64,000 bases of DNA from Octopus vulgaris (GCA_951406725.2 OX597830.1:71920001-71984000); one strand, 5' to 3'; positions 42,302 to 56,567 are shown, counted from the stretch's first letter. The notes: generated from the letters alone by a model not told the origin. Numbers and translations are program-made.

Positions 42302-42699
42302 AAGATAGATAGATAGATAGATATGCGTATATGTCGAATGTTTAAGTGGGATCCTGAATGTCCATCGATCTGATGCGATTTCTACACATTCCTTACATTC
42401 TTTCCATGAGTATTATAGATTTATTTTTCGTGTTTATTAATTCATGAAAGACTGTAACATATATCAATGCTTCCCTTTTCTTTGTTTATATACATACATT
42501 TCTAGTTCAGCTATTGTATATTTTCACCGAAGAGTATTTTGTTTATCTCTCTTGATTAGACTCACGATTACACATAATTACTTTAGAAAAAAGAAAAATA
42601 TGCTTAGGTATCAGAACTGGATTGCAAATTGTTGTTAGACTTTTTTTTATATAAGGCGTTCTCTAATATATTGATAAATTTTGGGATATGTATGGAGGA

Positions 42700-42753
<54 letters not shown>

Positions 42754-43269
42754 AGGAAGGAAGGGCTTATGCGCTTATATGTATATGTATTTACTCACCT
42801 GCAACCATACACTCTCAAATAAAATATTGTTTTAAAATAAACATATGTTAACATATGTATGGGTGTATGAATCTGTATATCTACAGACGTAAATATTAAT
42901 CTATATTCATAAACATTCATATATATGTGTATGTGTGTTTGTATCAAAAATATGTATCAATAATAAAGTTATTGTTTCTTATCAGGATGACCTTATATTT
43001 GTTTGTTCTGCAACCATAGTTTAATGTAACAATATGTATGCATATGTTTATGTGTTTGTCTGTGCTGTATATATACATACATACATAGAGAGAGAGAGAG
43101 AGAGGAAGTAAGAACGAAACAAAGATAGATTCACAGATAGAGGGAGAGAGAAAGAGATGCATTTATCGCCTGTTTTGTGTTACTGGTTTTGTTATTTTGT
43201 TAAAGATATTTCTTTCAGTTATCGTTATATTATAAATTACGCATTACTTAAATTATCATTTAATTTCAG

Positions 43270-43364
43270 AAAAAAATTGTAGATTATTTACTAAAATATT
43301 TCCGGTAGTTGTTTATCTCCCTTTACGTTAAGACTTCAAACACTTGCCGCGAGTTCCGAGAACG
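43270..43364 (+). other. Candidate 95-nt non-coding exon
   Basis: Acceptor tcatttaatttcAG| and donor ACG|GTAAGT; stops in all three frames. Confidence 0.35.
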
Positions 43365-43780
43365 GTAAGTTATAATATCATCTAAGTAAATAGCATAAGC
43401 CTTAATCCGACACTCCCTTTATTAAGAACAATTTAACTATGTTAAGAGTCCGCTTTATTTCAGGCTTTCAAGCCTAGTCTCTGATGTTCTTTTCAATCTA
43501 GAAGGCGTGTAGACCCCGATTAAAATGTTAGTTACTCTACTTTTAGTATTCTACATATATCAATATATCAATATTTTGGAAAAATATTTTACATATTATT
43601 GGGTCAGAGCAGACGAATAATTTCGCACGTTATCGTCCAAAAATAGTTGTTATGTTAACTAGGAAAATAATTAAAATAATATATATTCATTTCAAAGTTT
43701 GTTTCTTCCTCTGCAAAAAGATAGCTTCGTAGTTCAATTTAGTAATAGTAAATCAAATTTCACAATATATAATATATGTA

Positions 43781-44041
43781 TATAAATTAGAGAAAAAAAC
43801 CACCTTTTATCAATTCAACAATGAAATAACAATTATATAATTAAATCATACTATATAGAAAAAAATTAAATATACGATAAAAACACATACCAATAATTAA
43901 GTAATGTATAAGATAATATTTGTACATCACTTAATTATTGGTATTTGTTTTTATCGTATATTTAATTTTTTTCTATATTGTATAATTTAATTATATCATT
44001 GTTATTTCATTGTTGAATTGATATAAGGTGGTTTTTATCTA

Positions 44042-44048
<7 letters not shown>
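43781..44048. mobile_element. (TA)n-flanked fold-back element with ~130-bp arms
   Basis: 43781-43911 pairs with 43920-44048; the start aaattagaga.aaaaccac recurs at ~46127 and, inverted, at ~47655-47790. Confidence 0.7.
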
Positions 44049-44105
<57 letters not shown>

Positions 44106-44702
44106 TATCTAAAATACCCAGAAAAAAGCAAATAATATATTCTCATGACACCGCAAGTGTCGGACCTTCTATGTGGTCGATGAATTTGCTGAAAATTTCA
44201 AATAATCTCTCTCAAATCTTTGGCAATGGAAAAAATTTAGTTTTAAAAAAATGCTCATTTATATTCTGAAATATACGAAAACAAAAAGAAAAGGGCATTA
44301 TATTCACGGTTTCAACTAATCACTCGTCGATAATATCAGCAACAGTGTAGCAGTAACAACAAGAATATTAAATAAAATAACATATCTTCCTTACGATAGC
44401 AAGTTTAAGTATCTATAGATCAAAATACTAATAAGAAATTTAAATGCAATGGATATATTGAAACAAAGGGAAGCTATCCAGACAGAAATGAACTACATGA
44501 GTCGTCAGCATCGGTTCACTATAAAGATTCATTGCAACTAAAATATATATTTGCAAAAATCTATGAATAAAATATATATTTCGAATCAGCTATAATTTAT
44601 CATGTTGAGCATGATTTTTTGTGCGTATGATATCTACGGATATCTAGATTATTTTCCATTGACATTTAATCTAATTGCATTTGTAATGTAATATGCACAC
44701 CG

Positions 44703-44759
<57 letters not shown>

Positions 44760-45094
44760 TGTATGTATATATACATACATATATATATATATACATATCT
44801 AAACAACAAATATATATATCTTCTTGTTCATATATATGGATATATGAATAGATGGATATCAATCTGTATATCTATTTCTTTGTCAATCAATCTATCTACC
44901 TATATATATCTCTAAATGTGTAAATATATATTTATATAAATAAGGATAAGATCGTTATTTAAAATACCGATCATTCAATGTGGTTTTAAAGTCAAGTTTT
45001 GGCTGCTATATCTAGCATGTTGTTATCTTTTAGATACTCTTGATTACGATTTTCTGTAAATATATATATAAATATACTTGTTCGTGTGTATATA

Positions 45095-45164
<70 letters not shown>

Positions 45165-45803
45165 TGCATAGATATACATATATATACATATATATATATA
45201 CATTTATGTATACATATATGTATGTATATATATGTATACACGCATATATGTATATATATATGCATATACATATGCATATACACATATACATATATGTAAG
45301 AATATATTTATATATATATATATGTGTGTGTGTAAAAATGCAAATATAAACATATGTAGATGTACAAAAAGCTTATACATATGCATAGAATCAGTTACAT
45401 ATATAGATAAATTTCTCTCATTATCTCTATCTTCCCCTCTTTCTCGACATATCAGAAAATGTGCGTATGACCTCACCCCTGTTTACATGAGTATGTATAC
45501 GCTTAGTCTACCCACATACAGAAACAAGCAAATATGCACACACAGAGACACATACACTCGCACACCCATACACACACAAACTCACGCACACATACTCACA
45601 CACATACAAAGGTAGTAGGTTACTTCAGTTTCAGAGGAATCTTAAAGTTTTAATAGGTCACTTCCGATCATCTGTATGACCCTGGGTGAGGAAATCGGAA
45701 TTTAACTCAGCATTCATTTCTGCACCATACTCAGCAAATTTTGCTCTACCCGCTCCCTTCCGCTACTCTCTCGCTGTGTGTATATGTCTGTGTGTGTGTG
45801 TGC

Positions 45804-45872
<69 letters not shown>

Positions 45873-46114
45873 GTGTGTGTGTGCCTGACATTCTTATATT
45901 CATGTGAATAAATATGCTTGAATTTTCTCATAAAATGTTTATCACATTTTCATATTGACATTGTCATATACTTAAACGTGTACAACCACGCGCGAGCACG
46001 CACACACACATACAGTCATGCATACACTCCCAGGTACTTATGCATACATAACTTGTGTATATGTATGCATAAGAATATATAGATACACATACGTATACAT
46101 ATATATATATATAT

Positions 46115-46400
46115 AAATAAAAATTAAATTAGAGATAAAACCACTATTAGGCAAATCAAACAATGAAAAACATAAACCAAAACATAAAAATAAAAAATAA
46201 TTAATATAATATACAAAATATATAAAATATAAAATTAAAAAATTTAAATTATTTAAATTTAGAATTAAATTATTAATTAATATTTATAAATTTTATTTAT
46301 AAATATTTTTATAAAATTAAAAAAAATTTTTTTTTAATTAAAAAAAAATCATTAAACATATATAACTATCAAAAAGTATTAAAAAGTTGAAAAGTTTAAT
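46115..46400. mobile_element. Very AT-rich relative of the 43781 element, between (TA)n tracts
   Basis: aaattagagataaaaccact…atcaaacaatgaaa shared with 43784-43826. Confidence 0.5.
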
Positions 46401-46416
46401 ATATATATATATATAC

Positions 46417-46448
<32 letters not shown>

Positions 46449-46542
46449 GTATACATATATATATGTATACATATGCGTATATGAATTATAGCATATGAAT
46501 GTATCTTTGTGCGTAAATATGTGTATGAATGTCAGTGTTCTC

Positions 46543-46591
<49 letters not shown>

Positions 46592-46746
46592 TAGATAGAT
46601 TGATTGATTGAGTGAGTGATTGAGTGATAGGTAATATGAAAATTAACAGTGAGTCGCATGTTCCTATAGCAATATAGGAACATGCGCAAAGAGACTTATA
46701 TTACTGTATCTATGCACAAATATGCGTAACTACATGCATGCATGCA

Positions 46747-46792
<46 letters not shown>

Positions 46793-46818
46793 CATATATA
46801 CACACACATATATAGATG

Positions 46819-46865
<47 letters not shown>

Positions 46866-47329
46866 ACACACACATATGTATGTATATATTTATATAAATA
46901 TATATAGGGAGAGAGAGAAAGAGATAGATGAAGAGAGAGAGAGAGAGAGAAAAAAATGATGGATTCATGTATATGTATATATGTATGTATATGACAACGT
47001 ATATATATGAATGCATGCACATATATATGGTATATATGTCTGTACTCTGATATATGTATTTATATGCCTGCTCAGAATATGAAAGAAAGAGAAATTTCAA
47101 AATGCTGTAATGCATCACAGAATTACAGACAAGGAGGTATTTTATAGGGATGTGAAAAAACCTTTCCGAACTTAAAGATATTCAATTACCTCAAATTAAC
47201 TTCCGTTGGTCTTATTTTCCTATATCTTATTTATTGTTTTATACCACGATCTATAAAAAGAATATAGTTGCTAAAGTATAGTGAAAATATACCTCGCTCC
47301 TCTGCGTCAGTGTGTGTGTTCATAATATG

Positions 47330-47388
<59 letters not shown>

Positions 47389-47596
47389 GCCATGATAGAT
47401 CGTTAGCTCCTACACGCATTTTTTTCTCTCCTTGTTTCTCTCCTTGTTTTTTTCTGTGTATCTTTCTATCGAAGAGCGTAGGCTCGAAACGTAAAATACT
47501 TTTTCTATTTCTATTCCTGAGCGCTATACAAATACATTTGTTTGTTTGTACTCCACCTGCCTTCGTCTCTTGTTTATTTTCGTAAACTTTCCCGAT
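47389..47596 (+). mobile_element. ~200-bp (TA)n-inserted element with hammerhead-like motif
   Basis: TCTTT-CTATCGA-A-GAGC GTAG GCTC-GAAACGTA-AAA at 47461-47496; homologous to 35926-36108. Confidence 0.7.
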
Positions 47597-47882
47597 ATAC
47601 ATATATAATATATATATATATCATGTACACACACACAATTGTTTTATTTATTATTTTGCACATTACTTAATTATCGTTATATTTTTATCTTATATTTAAG
47701 CTTTCTATTCTATTACATGTAATTTTCTAGATGGTGTAATTTAATTTTCCATTTTGAATTGATAAAAGGGTTTTCGTCGAATTTATATATATATGTATAT
47801 ATATATTATATTTTGTGAAATTTGATTTAGTATTTCCAAATTCAATTTTTCCCTGTAAATATGGAATAATATTTCCTCATAT

Positions 47883-47942
<60 letters not shown>

Positions 47943-47947
<5 letters not shown>

Positions 47948-48140
47948 GTAAATGTAATATGTGACAATTATTCGGTAGCCATGATAAAACTCCGAGTTTC
48001 GGATGTCTGGGTGGAAACTCGGAGTTGTATCATGGCTACTGAATAATTGTCACATATTATATTTACAGATAAATTCCTCTATTTACATAATATCGAGGTC
48101 TCTTTCAGTCTTTTGTTGTCTAACAATTCCTACCAACATA
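47943..48140. mobile_element. (TA)n-flanked fold-back element
   Basis: 47943-48000 pairs with 48014-48071; its tail taatatcgaggtctc.ttc recurs at 56247-56265. Confidence 0.7.
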
Positions 48141-48456
48141 TATATATATATACGAGAACGCACACACACTCTCTCTCCCACACACACATATCCATACATT
48201 TTGTTTAACTCATTGGAATGCATCCATTCTAGGACATCGTCTTGAAAGGGTTTTAGTTAAACGTATCAATCACAGAATTCATATCAAACCCTGTTATTCA
48301 TTCTATCGATCTCTTATACTGAATGGCTAAATAGAATTACACATCGAATATTGTAATTAGAATGTAGTTATATGACTACTCAGTCTTTTCAGACTGGGTG
48401 GTCATATAACTACAAGCTTATAATTTTAATCCTGCTCATTTAGGATAAATTCAGAG

Positions 48457-48658
48457 CAACGGTTCCTTACCAATTTTTACCTCTGGTCACTTTTGATTCC
48501 TATTTTCCTCTGGGGAGGGATCTCTCAAATCTCTCAAAAATGTTCTAATATTTTATTATATGTTACAGAAATATAACTAGTTTCTTGCCCATAAATTTTA
48601 ATAACAAAATTTTATTTGTTTCCCCATGGGCCACATGGACCCTGGTTGAGGAACACAG
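48457..48658. mobile_element. Degenerate hAT-like MITE
   Basis: Ends CAACGGTTCCTTACC … GGTTGAGGAACACAG resemble CAGTGGTTCYCAACC-type TIRs. Confidence 0.45.
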
Positions 48659-49288
48659 ATCTTTTTTTAACCCACAATGACGATTACAAGCTCATATATA
48701 AATTTACCGCTAAACAATAATTATGATAAAGATGGCGTTGATGTTGACTATGGTATTCCTGTTGCTGATATTAAATGTAATAGTAATCCTGCGATAGGAA
48801 CTTCTAGTTTTATTAGAAAGGACTAGTATATTACATCGATCCAATTACTTAACTGATATTTTTCCTCATTGACACCGAGAGGATGAAAGGCATTGTTGGC
48901 CCTGCGCATTTTGAACCCTGAATGCAATGGGTTTGGGAGAATAACCGCTCTGTATTTTTCATGAACGCCCTAACGACACTGCCACTTCGACTCCTTCTTA
49001 ATAGTCACAAGAATGGAAATTATATTAATTTTATGATAATAATTTTCCAAGTACGCATAAGGTCGCATATTAGCAGGAAGCTGTTAATTATATTTATCGC
49101 ACTACTTTGATTTGTTTGACATTTATTTTATCAGCCCTGGACGGATAACACACACTATCATGATCAGTTAGATATGCTTCCCAAAATTAAAAGGGCCGAA
49201 ATGAATTTTGTCTTTTAAAGGTTCTATAGATTCGCTGTAACTAATAATATTGTGATGATGACAGAAATATTTCTTATTAACCTAAGGA

Positions 49289-49294
49289 ATAATG

Positions 49295-49391
<97 letters not shown>

Positions 49392-49486
49392 TGATAATAA
49401 TAATAATGATGATAATGAGGATGATAATAATAAAGATAATAATAATGATGATGATAATGATAATAATAATAATAATAATAATAATG

Positions 49487-49555
<69 letters not shown>

Positions 49556-49604
49556 GTAATGATAATAACAATCATAAACATAATAATAACAACAATAATA
49601 ATAA
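49289..49604. repeat. (AAT/GAT)n microsatellite
   Basis: Direct reading. Confidence 0.95.
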
Positions 49605-49818
49605 TGGTTTCAAATTTTACCATAAGTGCAGCCATTTTGCGGGAGGGAATGAGTGAATTATATCGGCTCCAGTGTCTCTCTGGTACTTAATTTATTGACC
49701 TCGAAAGGATGAAAAGCAAAGTCGACCCCAGCAGAACTTGAACTCAAAACGTTGTGATTGACGAAATACCGCTAAGCATTTCGCCCGGCGTGTTAACGAT
49801 TCTGCCAGCTCGCTACTT
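49605..49818 (-). mobile_element. SINE family B
   Basis: Reverse complement of the family B consensus. Confidence 0.85.
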
Positions 49819-49937
49819 TAATATTAATAATAATAATAGTAATAATAATAATAACAACAACAACAACAACAACAACAATAATAATAATTATAATTATAAT
49901 AATAATCCTTTCTACTATAGGCTCAAGGCCTAAAATT

Positions 49938-50130
49938 TTGACTGTGGCCATACTGGAGCACCCGGTTAGTCAGGCAAGTCGACTCCTGGAATTATTCGTT
50001 GTAAGCTTAGTACTTATTCTATCGATCTCTATCGTCCAACCGCTAGGCTACGGAGAGGCAAACGCACCAGCAACTGTTGTCAAGCGAAATTCGGGGGGTG
50101 GGGGGAACCACAGACGCACAAACACATACA
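49938..50130 (-). mobile_element. SINE family C, 3' half (variant shared with 52505-52662)
   Basis: Homology with shared private substitutions. Confidence 0.85.
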
Positions 50131-50170
50131 CACATTCATATATATATATACACATATATATGTATGTGTG

Positions 50171-50207
<37 letters not shown>

Positions 50208-50214
50208 CTCTATC

Positions 50215-50270
<56 letters not shown>

Positions 50271-50604
50271 TATATATATACACATACACACACATATATA
50301 TATGTATGTATATTTTACACATATATATATATTTATATACATTTATATATAATACGTACACACAAAGATGCAGGTAGTTTTGTATACACGCACATACTTA
50401 TACATGCATCGCCTTCATAAATATGGAAAATGTATATGTAGTTCAATAATATTATTGGATTCTTTGTCCCATGATGTTTACTAACGTAATTATTTTTCTT
50501 TGGCCAGTATTGTATGGTTCTTAACCCTTTTCGTGAATACTTCCATTACTCCCTGTCCCTTTCCGTCCCTTTCACACTCTCTGTCCCTCTCTCTCTCTCT
50601 CTCT

Positions 50605-50689
<85 letters not shown>

Positions 50690-50748
50690 GTATGTATGTA
50701 TATATATCTATGTATATATATATATCTATATATGTATATATATTTATG

Positions 50749-50794
<46 letters not shown>

Positions 50795-51509
50795 CATGTG
50801 TAATTTACATCTATATATATATGTGAACATGTATACATGTATTTATGTATGTATTCACGTATGTACATATATAATATACGCGCGTAGGTCTATAAGTGAT
50901 TCATATTTCCGTTTGAGAAATCGAGCCAAAATAGAATTTCAAGTAAAACACTCGATACACCATATCGAATCATATATTTATTTATTTAAGGCGATGACTC
51001 ATTCTGGGGATTTTATCGGAAGCGTGTATAGCGAGGGTGTATATGAATTTTTTAAGCATCGTGTGTAGAGGACTGAAACGTCTACAGTAAATTGTGATAA
51101 TTAATTTATGGGTCCAGGAAAGAAGGAATATTCGAATCCAGAGGGATGTGATCAAGATACGTTCAAGAAGAAACCTAACTGAATACCTCTGTTTCGGTTG
51201 TATACAGTATCTCCATGTGACTCAAGGCCAACGTCAAAACAGAACATACAAATGCAAGAGGGATATAGTTAATGTGTAATAATGAACCAAATATGCAATT
51301 GTAGTGAAATAGCAACGTGTACCGAGGTACTGACCTGACCCGAACGTTTCACTGTTGCGTCCTTTTAGCGATGATGATGAGGGAATTTGAAGTAATTATG
51401 TATGAAGTAAATATCAAAATATACAGAAACTTTTTCTTGCACGCACATACAAGTCCGCTACACACATAACTGAGAGCGTCACAGGCACGCATATACATGT
51501 ATATATAAA

Positions 51510-51730
51510 TAATTAACATAGGGTAAAAATTTTTTCCGGAAAAATTTTTTTTATCAATGGCCAGCATATCAAAAAATACCTTTAAAGGTTAAATTTATAA
51601 ATAATTTGCAAAATAAGGGCAAAAGAAAGATTCTAATGCCAAATATTCCGAAAAAAAGACAATTTTTGTCAATAACCCATTATAATGGTTTATTGACAAC
51701 TATTGTCTTTTTTTCGGCATATTTGGCATT
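51510..51730. mobile_element. (TA)n-flanked element ending in a loopless 96-bp palindrome
   Basis: 51635-51682 pairs with 51683-51730. Confidence 0.65.
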
Positions 51731-51826
51731 TATATATATATATATAAAGGCGCATGCAAACACACATACATGAGTGCATACACACATATACAGGCATAAA
51801 CAAAGCACATAGATACATATGATATA

Positions 51827-51857
<31 letters not shown>

Positions 51858-52357
51858 GCACACAACCAGACACACACTTGATGTCTATGTATGCCTGTAT
51901 ATATATGAAAGTATGTATATATGAATATGTATAAATATGTCTATATTTATATATATGTGTATTTGCACGCATATACAAAGACACACATGATTTAGACACA
52001 CACACATGTAAATAGAGATGGATTAAAAGAAAGATATATTCATGTCTATCTATCTATATAGTTCTTGTGCCATTTTGTAATATATATATATGGTGTAATG
52101 TGATAGATGTTATATAGTATAATATGATTTACAAATAATAATTACAAATTATATATAGTATATAAATAATGTGTGTGTATCTGTTTGCATGCGTGTGTAT
52201 GTGTGCATATTATATATACATATATTACATGTTATACATATTATATATACATATATTACATGTTATACACATGTATATATATATATATATCATACATATG
52301 TATATATATATATATATGTATATACATATACATATATATATATAGATACATATATAT

Positions 52358-52436
<79 letters not shown>

Positions 52437-52657
52437 CATAAATAGATATATATATACCCACATACATATATATGTGTGTATATATATATATGTATGTGTT
52501 TGTGTATATGTGATTGGCCCCCCCGCAACATCGCTTGACAACAGTTGCTGGTGCGTTTGCCTTCTCGTAAGCTAGCGGTTCGACGATAGAGACCGATAGA
52601 ATAAGTACTAGGCTTACAAAGATTAATTCCTGTAGTCGATTTGCCTGACTAAACGGG

Positions 52658-52704
52658 TGCTCTCCTACCACGCGGGCGGCCTGGGTTCGTTTTCCGGCCT
52701 ACGT
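52658..52704 (+). pseudogene. tRNA-Gly(GCC) 3' fragment (anticodon arm to acceptor stem), degenerate
   Basis: tgctctcctaccacgcgggcggcctgggttcgttttccggcctacgt versus invertebrate tRNA-Gly TGCTCGCCTGCCACGCGGGCGGCCCGGGTTCGATTCCCGGCCGATGC recalled from memory (about 8 mismatches in 47 nt); 5' part missing. Confidence 0.75.
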
Positions 52705-52708
52705 CTTA

Positions 52709-53075
52709 GAGGCGCAGGTGTGGCTGTGTGGCAAGAAGCTTGTTTCGCAACCACATGGTTTCGGGTTCAATCCTACTACGTTGCATCTTTGGCAAGTGTT
52801 TTCTACTATAGTCTGGGATTGACCAAAGCATGTTGCATATATATATATATGTAATTATATATATATTGTTGTGTGTCTGTGTTTGTACCCCCACCTTCGT
52901 TTGACAACCGATATGGGCGTGTACGTCCCATAACCTAGAAGTTCGGCAAAACAGACCGAGAGAATAAGTACTAGGCTTACAAACAATAAGTCCTGGGGTC
53001 GATTCGTTCAATAAAATGCGGTGTTTCTGCATGGCTGCAGTCGAATGACTGAAAGAAATAAAGGAATAAAAGAAT
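52709..53075 (+). mobile_element. SINE family C
   Basis: ggcgcaggtgtggctgtgtggcaagaagctt…tgactgaaagaaataaagg. Confidence 0.88.
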
Positions 53076-53080
53076 ATATT

Positions 53081-53121
<41 letters not shown>

Positions 53122-53359
53122 GAGTGTGTGTGTGCATGTTTGTGTATGTGTTGGCTTTCGGGTGTGTGTGTGTATATACAGGTATGTATATATGTACCTT
53201 AGGACAAGATGAAAAGTTAGAACTACCTACATGATATTGTTGAAATTTTGTATGGAGGATTACCTGGCATTTTTGCTTGTTTGTATGTATGGATGGCTGG
53301 TTGCATGTATGTATGATTTTATCTCTGTACTTTTCATATCCTTCTCTCTCACTCTGTCT

Positions 53360-53457
<98 letters not shown>

Positions 53458-53483
53458 AATTTATATATATATGTATGTATGTA

Positions 53484-53614
<131 letters not shown>

Positions 53615-54052
53615 GCGTAATCAGATAAAAACCAAGGGTGTGTAGATATTAGAACATTTACATATAGAAGCGCGCGCATATGCACACATACACACACAAC
53701 ATGCACGTATTCATTGTCATGTTTTATATGTTAGTTCATTTTCTCTATAATGCAGGAATCGGTTTGTAACTTTTTATGCGGGAAAAGGTAAAGATTGTAT
53801 CACTGGGAAATGGATAACCATGTTGCTCACCATTAGATAAGAAATTTCAGAACAGTTCCGTTGACGAATTTCTCTTCGCAACGTACATAAGTGCTGATCA
53901 CTTACACCGTTTTTTTTTTTTTGTTTTTTTTCTGTTTTATTTTCATCTTTTTATTTCGAAAATCTGTGGTTATTCCTAATTGAGGTACTTAAATATTTAT
54001 TGACTTATCCGAGTATACCAATAATCATTAATATTAAATTATATTTATAATC

Positions 54053-54320
54053 AGGCGCGAGTATGTGGTAAGCAGTTTGCTTCTCGCCAACCACATGGTT
54101 ACGGTTTCAGTCCCATTGCATTGCTGCATGGACAAATGTCTTTTAATGTAGCCCCGGGCTGTCCAAATACTTGTGGGTGGATTTGATAGGAAAACTGTAG
54201 GATTACCAACGTATTTACATGTATATGTGTGTGTTTGTGAGCCTGTTCGTGCGCGCTTGTGTGCATGTATGTATCTTTGTGTGTATGTTTATCCTGTGTA
54301 ACTGTTTAACAACTGGTGCA
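54053..54320 (+). mobile_element. SINE family C, diverged 5' part
   Basis: caaccacatggttacggtttcagtccca…. Confidence 0.7.
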
Positions 54321-54363
54321 TACAAACTTATATACATACTTACGTGCATGCATACATACTTGC

Positions 54364-54406
<43 letters not shown>

Positions 54407-54424
54407 CATACATACATACATACA

Positions 54425-54458
<34 letters not shown>

Positions 54459-54460
54459 CA

Positions 54461-54493
<33 letters not shown>

Positions 54494-54608
54494 GAACGCA
54501 TATACATATATATATATACAGATAACACCTCATTATGCTAAGCATTAAAGACCGAGATGAGGCATGTCCTGCTTGAGGATCAATTAAGAAATAGTAAAAT
54601 AGACCGAC

Positions 54609-54855
54609 GTGGAGGCGCGTGGCTTAGTGGTTAGGGTGTCAGCATCATGATCGTAAAATTGTGCTTTCGATTCCTGGACCGGGCGAAGCATTGTGTCCTT
54701 GAGTAACACACTTCATTTGACGTTACTCCAGTCCACTCAGCTGGCAAAATGAGTAACGCTGCGATGGACTGGCGTCCCGTCCAGCTGGGGAACACATACC
54801 CCATTGAAACCGGGAAACCGGGCCCATGAGCCTGGCTAGGCTTTAAAAGGGCGCA
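54609..54855 (+). mobile_element. tRNA-derived SINE, family A2
   Basis: Box A TGGCTTAGTGG, box B TTTCGATTCC; homologous to 28812-29059. Confidence 0.9.
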
Positions 54856-55189
54856 TTTATTTTAATTTTAAAATATACCCACCAGGAGTTTCCGCTCATT
54901 TTTATTTTTACCATACATCGACAGCATATGTATTGTGTTTTATCACAGCTAATAGCTTCCTAATATTCAAATTTATCTGCTTCTGATCCAAACTGCGTTA
55001 CGCCTAACACGCATAAATATATATGCATACGTCATTATATAGATATATACATACGTGCAAATATACACACATACCTATATATGCATATGCATACACGCAC
55101 ATCCAAACACATACATTTACGTATAATGTATGGCTGCAGTGAAATAACTGAAACAAGTAAAAGAATAAAAGACTAAAAGAATATGTGTG

Positions 55190-55331
55190 TGTAGACTTTG
55201 CCTTTCATCCTTTCGGGGTCGATAAATTAAGTACCAGTCATGCACTGGGGTCGACATAATCGACTTACTCCGTTTGTCTGTCCTTGTTTGTCCCCTCTGT
55301 GTGTAGCCCCTTGTGGGTAGTAAAGAAATAA
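55190..55331 (+). mobile_element. SINE family B, 3' part
   Basis: gactttgcctttcatcctttcggggtcgataaattaagtaccag…gtagtaaagaaata. Confidence 0.9.
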
Positions 55332-55842
55332 GAATATGTGTGTGTGTGTGTGCATGTGTGTATGTGTGTGGGTGTATGTGTGTGTGTGTGCATGTGTGTA
55401 TGTGTGTGTATGTGTGTGTTTGTGCGTGCGTGCTTGTGTGTAATACATTGATGAACATACATTCACGTACGCATGTACATCCATGTCTTTCAGAACATAA
55501 AAGATAAATATTCTGCAGGCAGACCGTTCAGTAATCGATTAAATATAGACTAGTATTTGATTGATACGATTGTTATTTAATTTATCGATACGTGAAGCAT
55601 GAAAGAATGAGTCTTATCTCGAGTGATTCGTTCACAGACTATAAAGGGACGTAAGTAAACGCCTCAGATCCAGTTGCTTCCTGTTGCAACGATTCACCTA
55701 CAGCATTCACATTGCTAAAAAATATTATTGATTTCTAAGATGGGTAAAAGATCAAAGATTTTGATGTAAGATATAATCGATTACATAGAACCAAATAATT
55801 GAATGGATCTTGATTTTATCGAATTCCGTAGAAGAGAAAGGT

Positions 55843-55935
55843 ATCCGTGGGGATGTTGAAAAGTTCTAGGCTTTAGGTAAACGAAAATACTGAAGGATTA
55901 ATTCATTATGATTTTATTCACCGACGTAATCCGCT
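55843..55935. mobile_element. Possible mariner terminal remnant
   Basis: gtggggatgttgaaaagttctaggcttt resembles a TACGAGGGG.TG.TGAAAAGTTC mariner TIR; no partner TIR found. Confidence 0.35.
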
Positions 55936-55939
55936 CCTA

Positions 55940-55960
55940 GTGTGTTTGTGTCTGTATGTA

Positions 55961-56005
<45 letters not shown>

Positions 56006-56232
56006 TTATGTATGTATGCATGTATTTGTGTGTCTGTTTTGCCCACCACCATCGGTTGATAACCGATGTTGATGTGTTTACGTCCCAGTAACTTAGCTAT
56101 TTGGCCGGAGATACTAATAGAATAAGTACTAGGCTTAAAAATAATAGGCCCTGGGGGCCATTTGTTCAACTAAAGGCGGTGCCCCAGCATGACAGTAGTA
56201 AAAATGAGAGAAACAATTAAAAAATAAAAGAA
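55940..56232 (+). mobile_element. SINE family C, 3' half
   Basis: Homology to family C. Confidence 0.8.
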
Positions 56233-56279
56233 TATCTATTTTTCTGTAATATCGAGGTCTCATTCTCTTGTTGTTAACA

Positions 56280-56316
<37 letters not shown>

Positions 56317-56381
56317 GTTTGTATTTGTTTTTGTTTTTCCAGTTTCAGCTCTTGAGCTGTGGCCATGCTGGGGCACCGCCA

Positions 56382-56533
56382 TTGTGGTGAAAGAGTACAG
56401 CAGGGATCACCACCCCCTGCCGGAGCCTCGTAGAGCTTTTAGGTGTTTTCGCTCAATAAACACACACAACGCCCGGTCTGAGAATCGAAACCGCGATCCT
56501 GCGACCGCGAGTCCGCTGCCCTAAGCACTAGGC

Positions 56534-56537
<4 letters not shown>
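56382..56537 (-). mobile_element. SINE family A head
   Basis: Reverse complement of 6145-6295. Confidence 0.88.

Positions 56538-56567
<30 letters not shown>

Noticed and set aside
42793-42815. Minus-strand consensus donor CAG|GTGAGT
   Set aside because: No convincing acceptor or exon body.
45609-45630. AGGTAGTAGGTT 12-mer resembling let-7
   Set aside because: The 5' UG and 3' end do not match, and there is no star arm or hairpin.
50876-51400. Mariner-like TIR start TACGCGCGTAGGTCTATAAGT
   Set aside because: No partner TIR or transposase motif recognisable.
54941-54960. TATCACAGC miR-2-like seed (also at ~35690)
   Set aside because: The rest of the mature sequence and the hairpin are absent; one instance lies inside a LINE.
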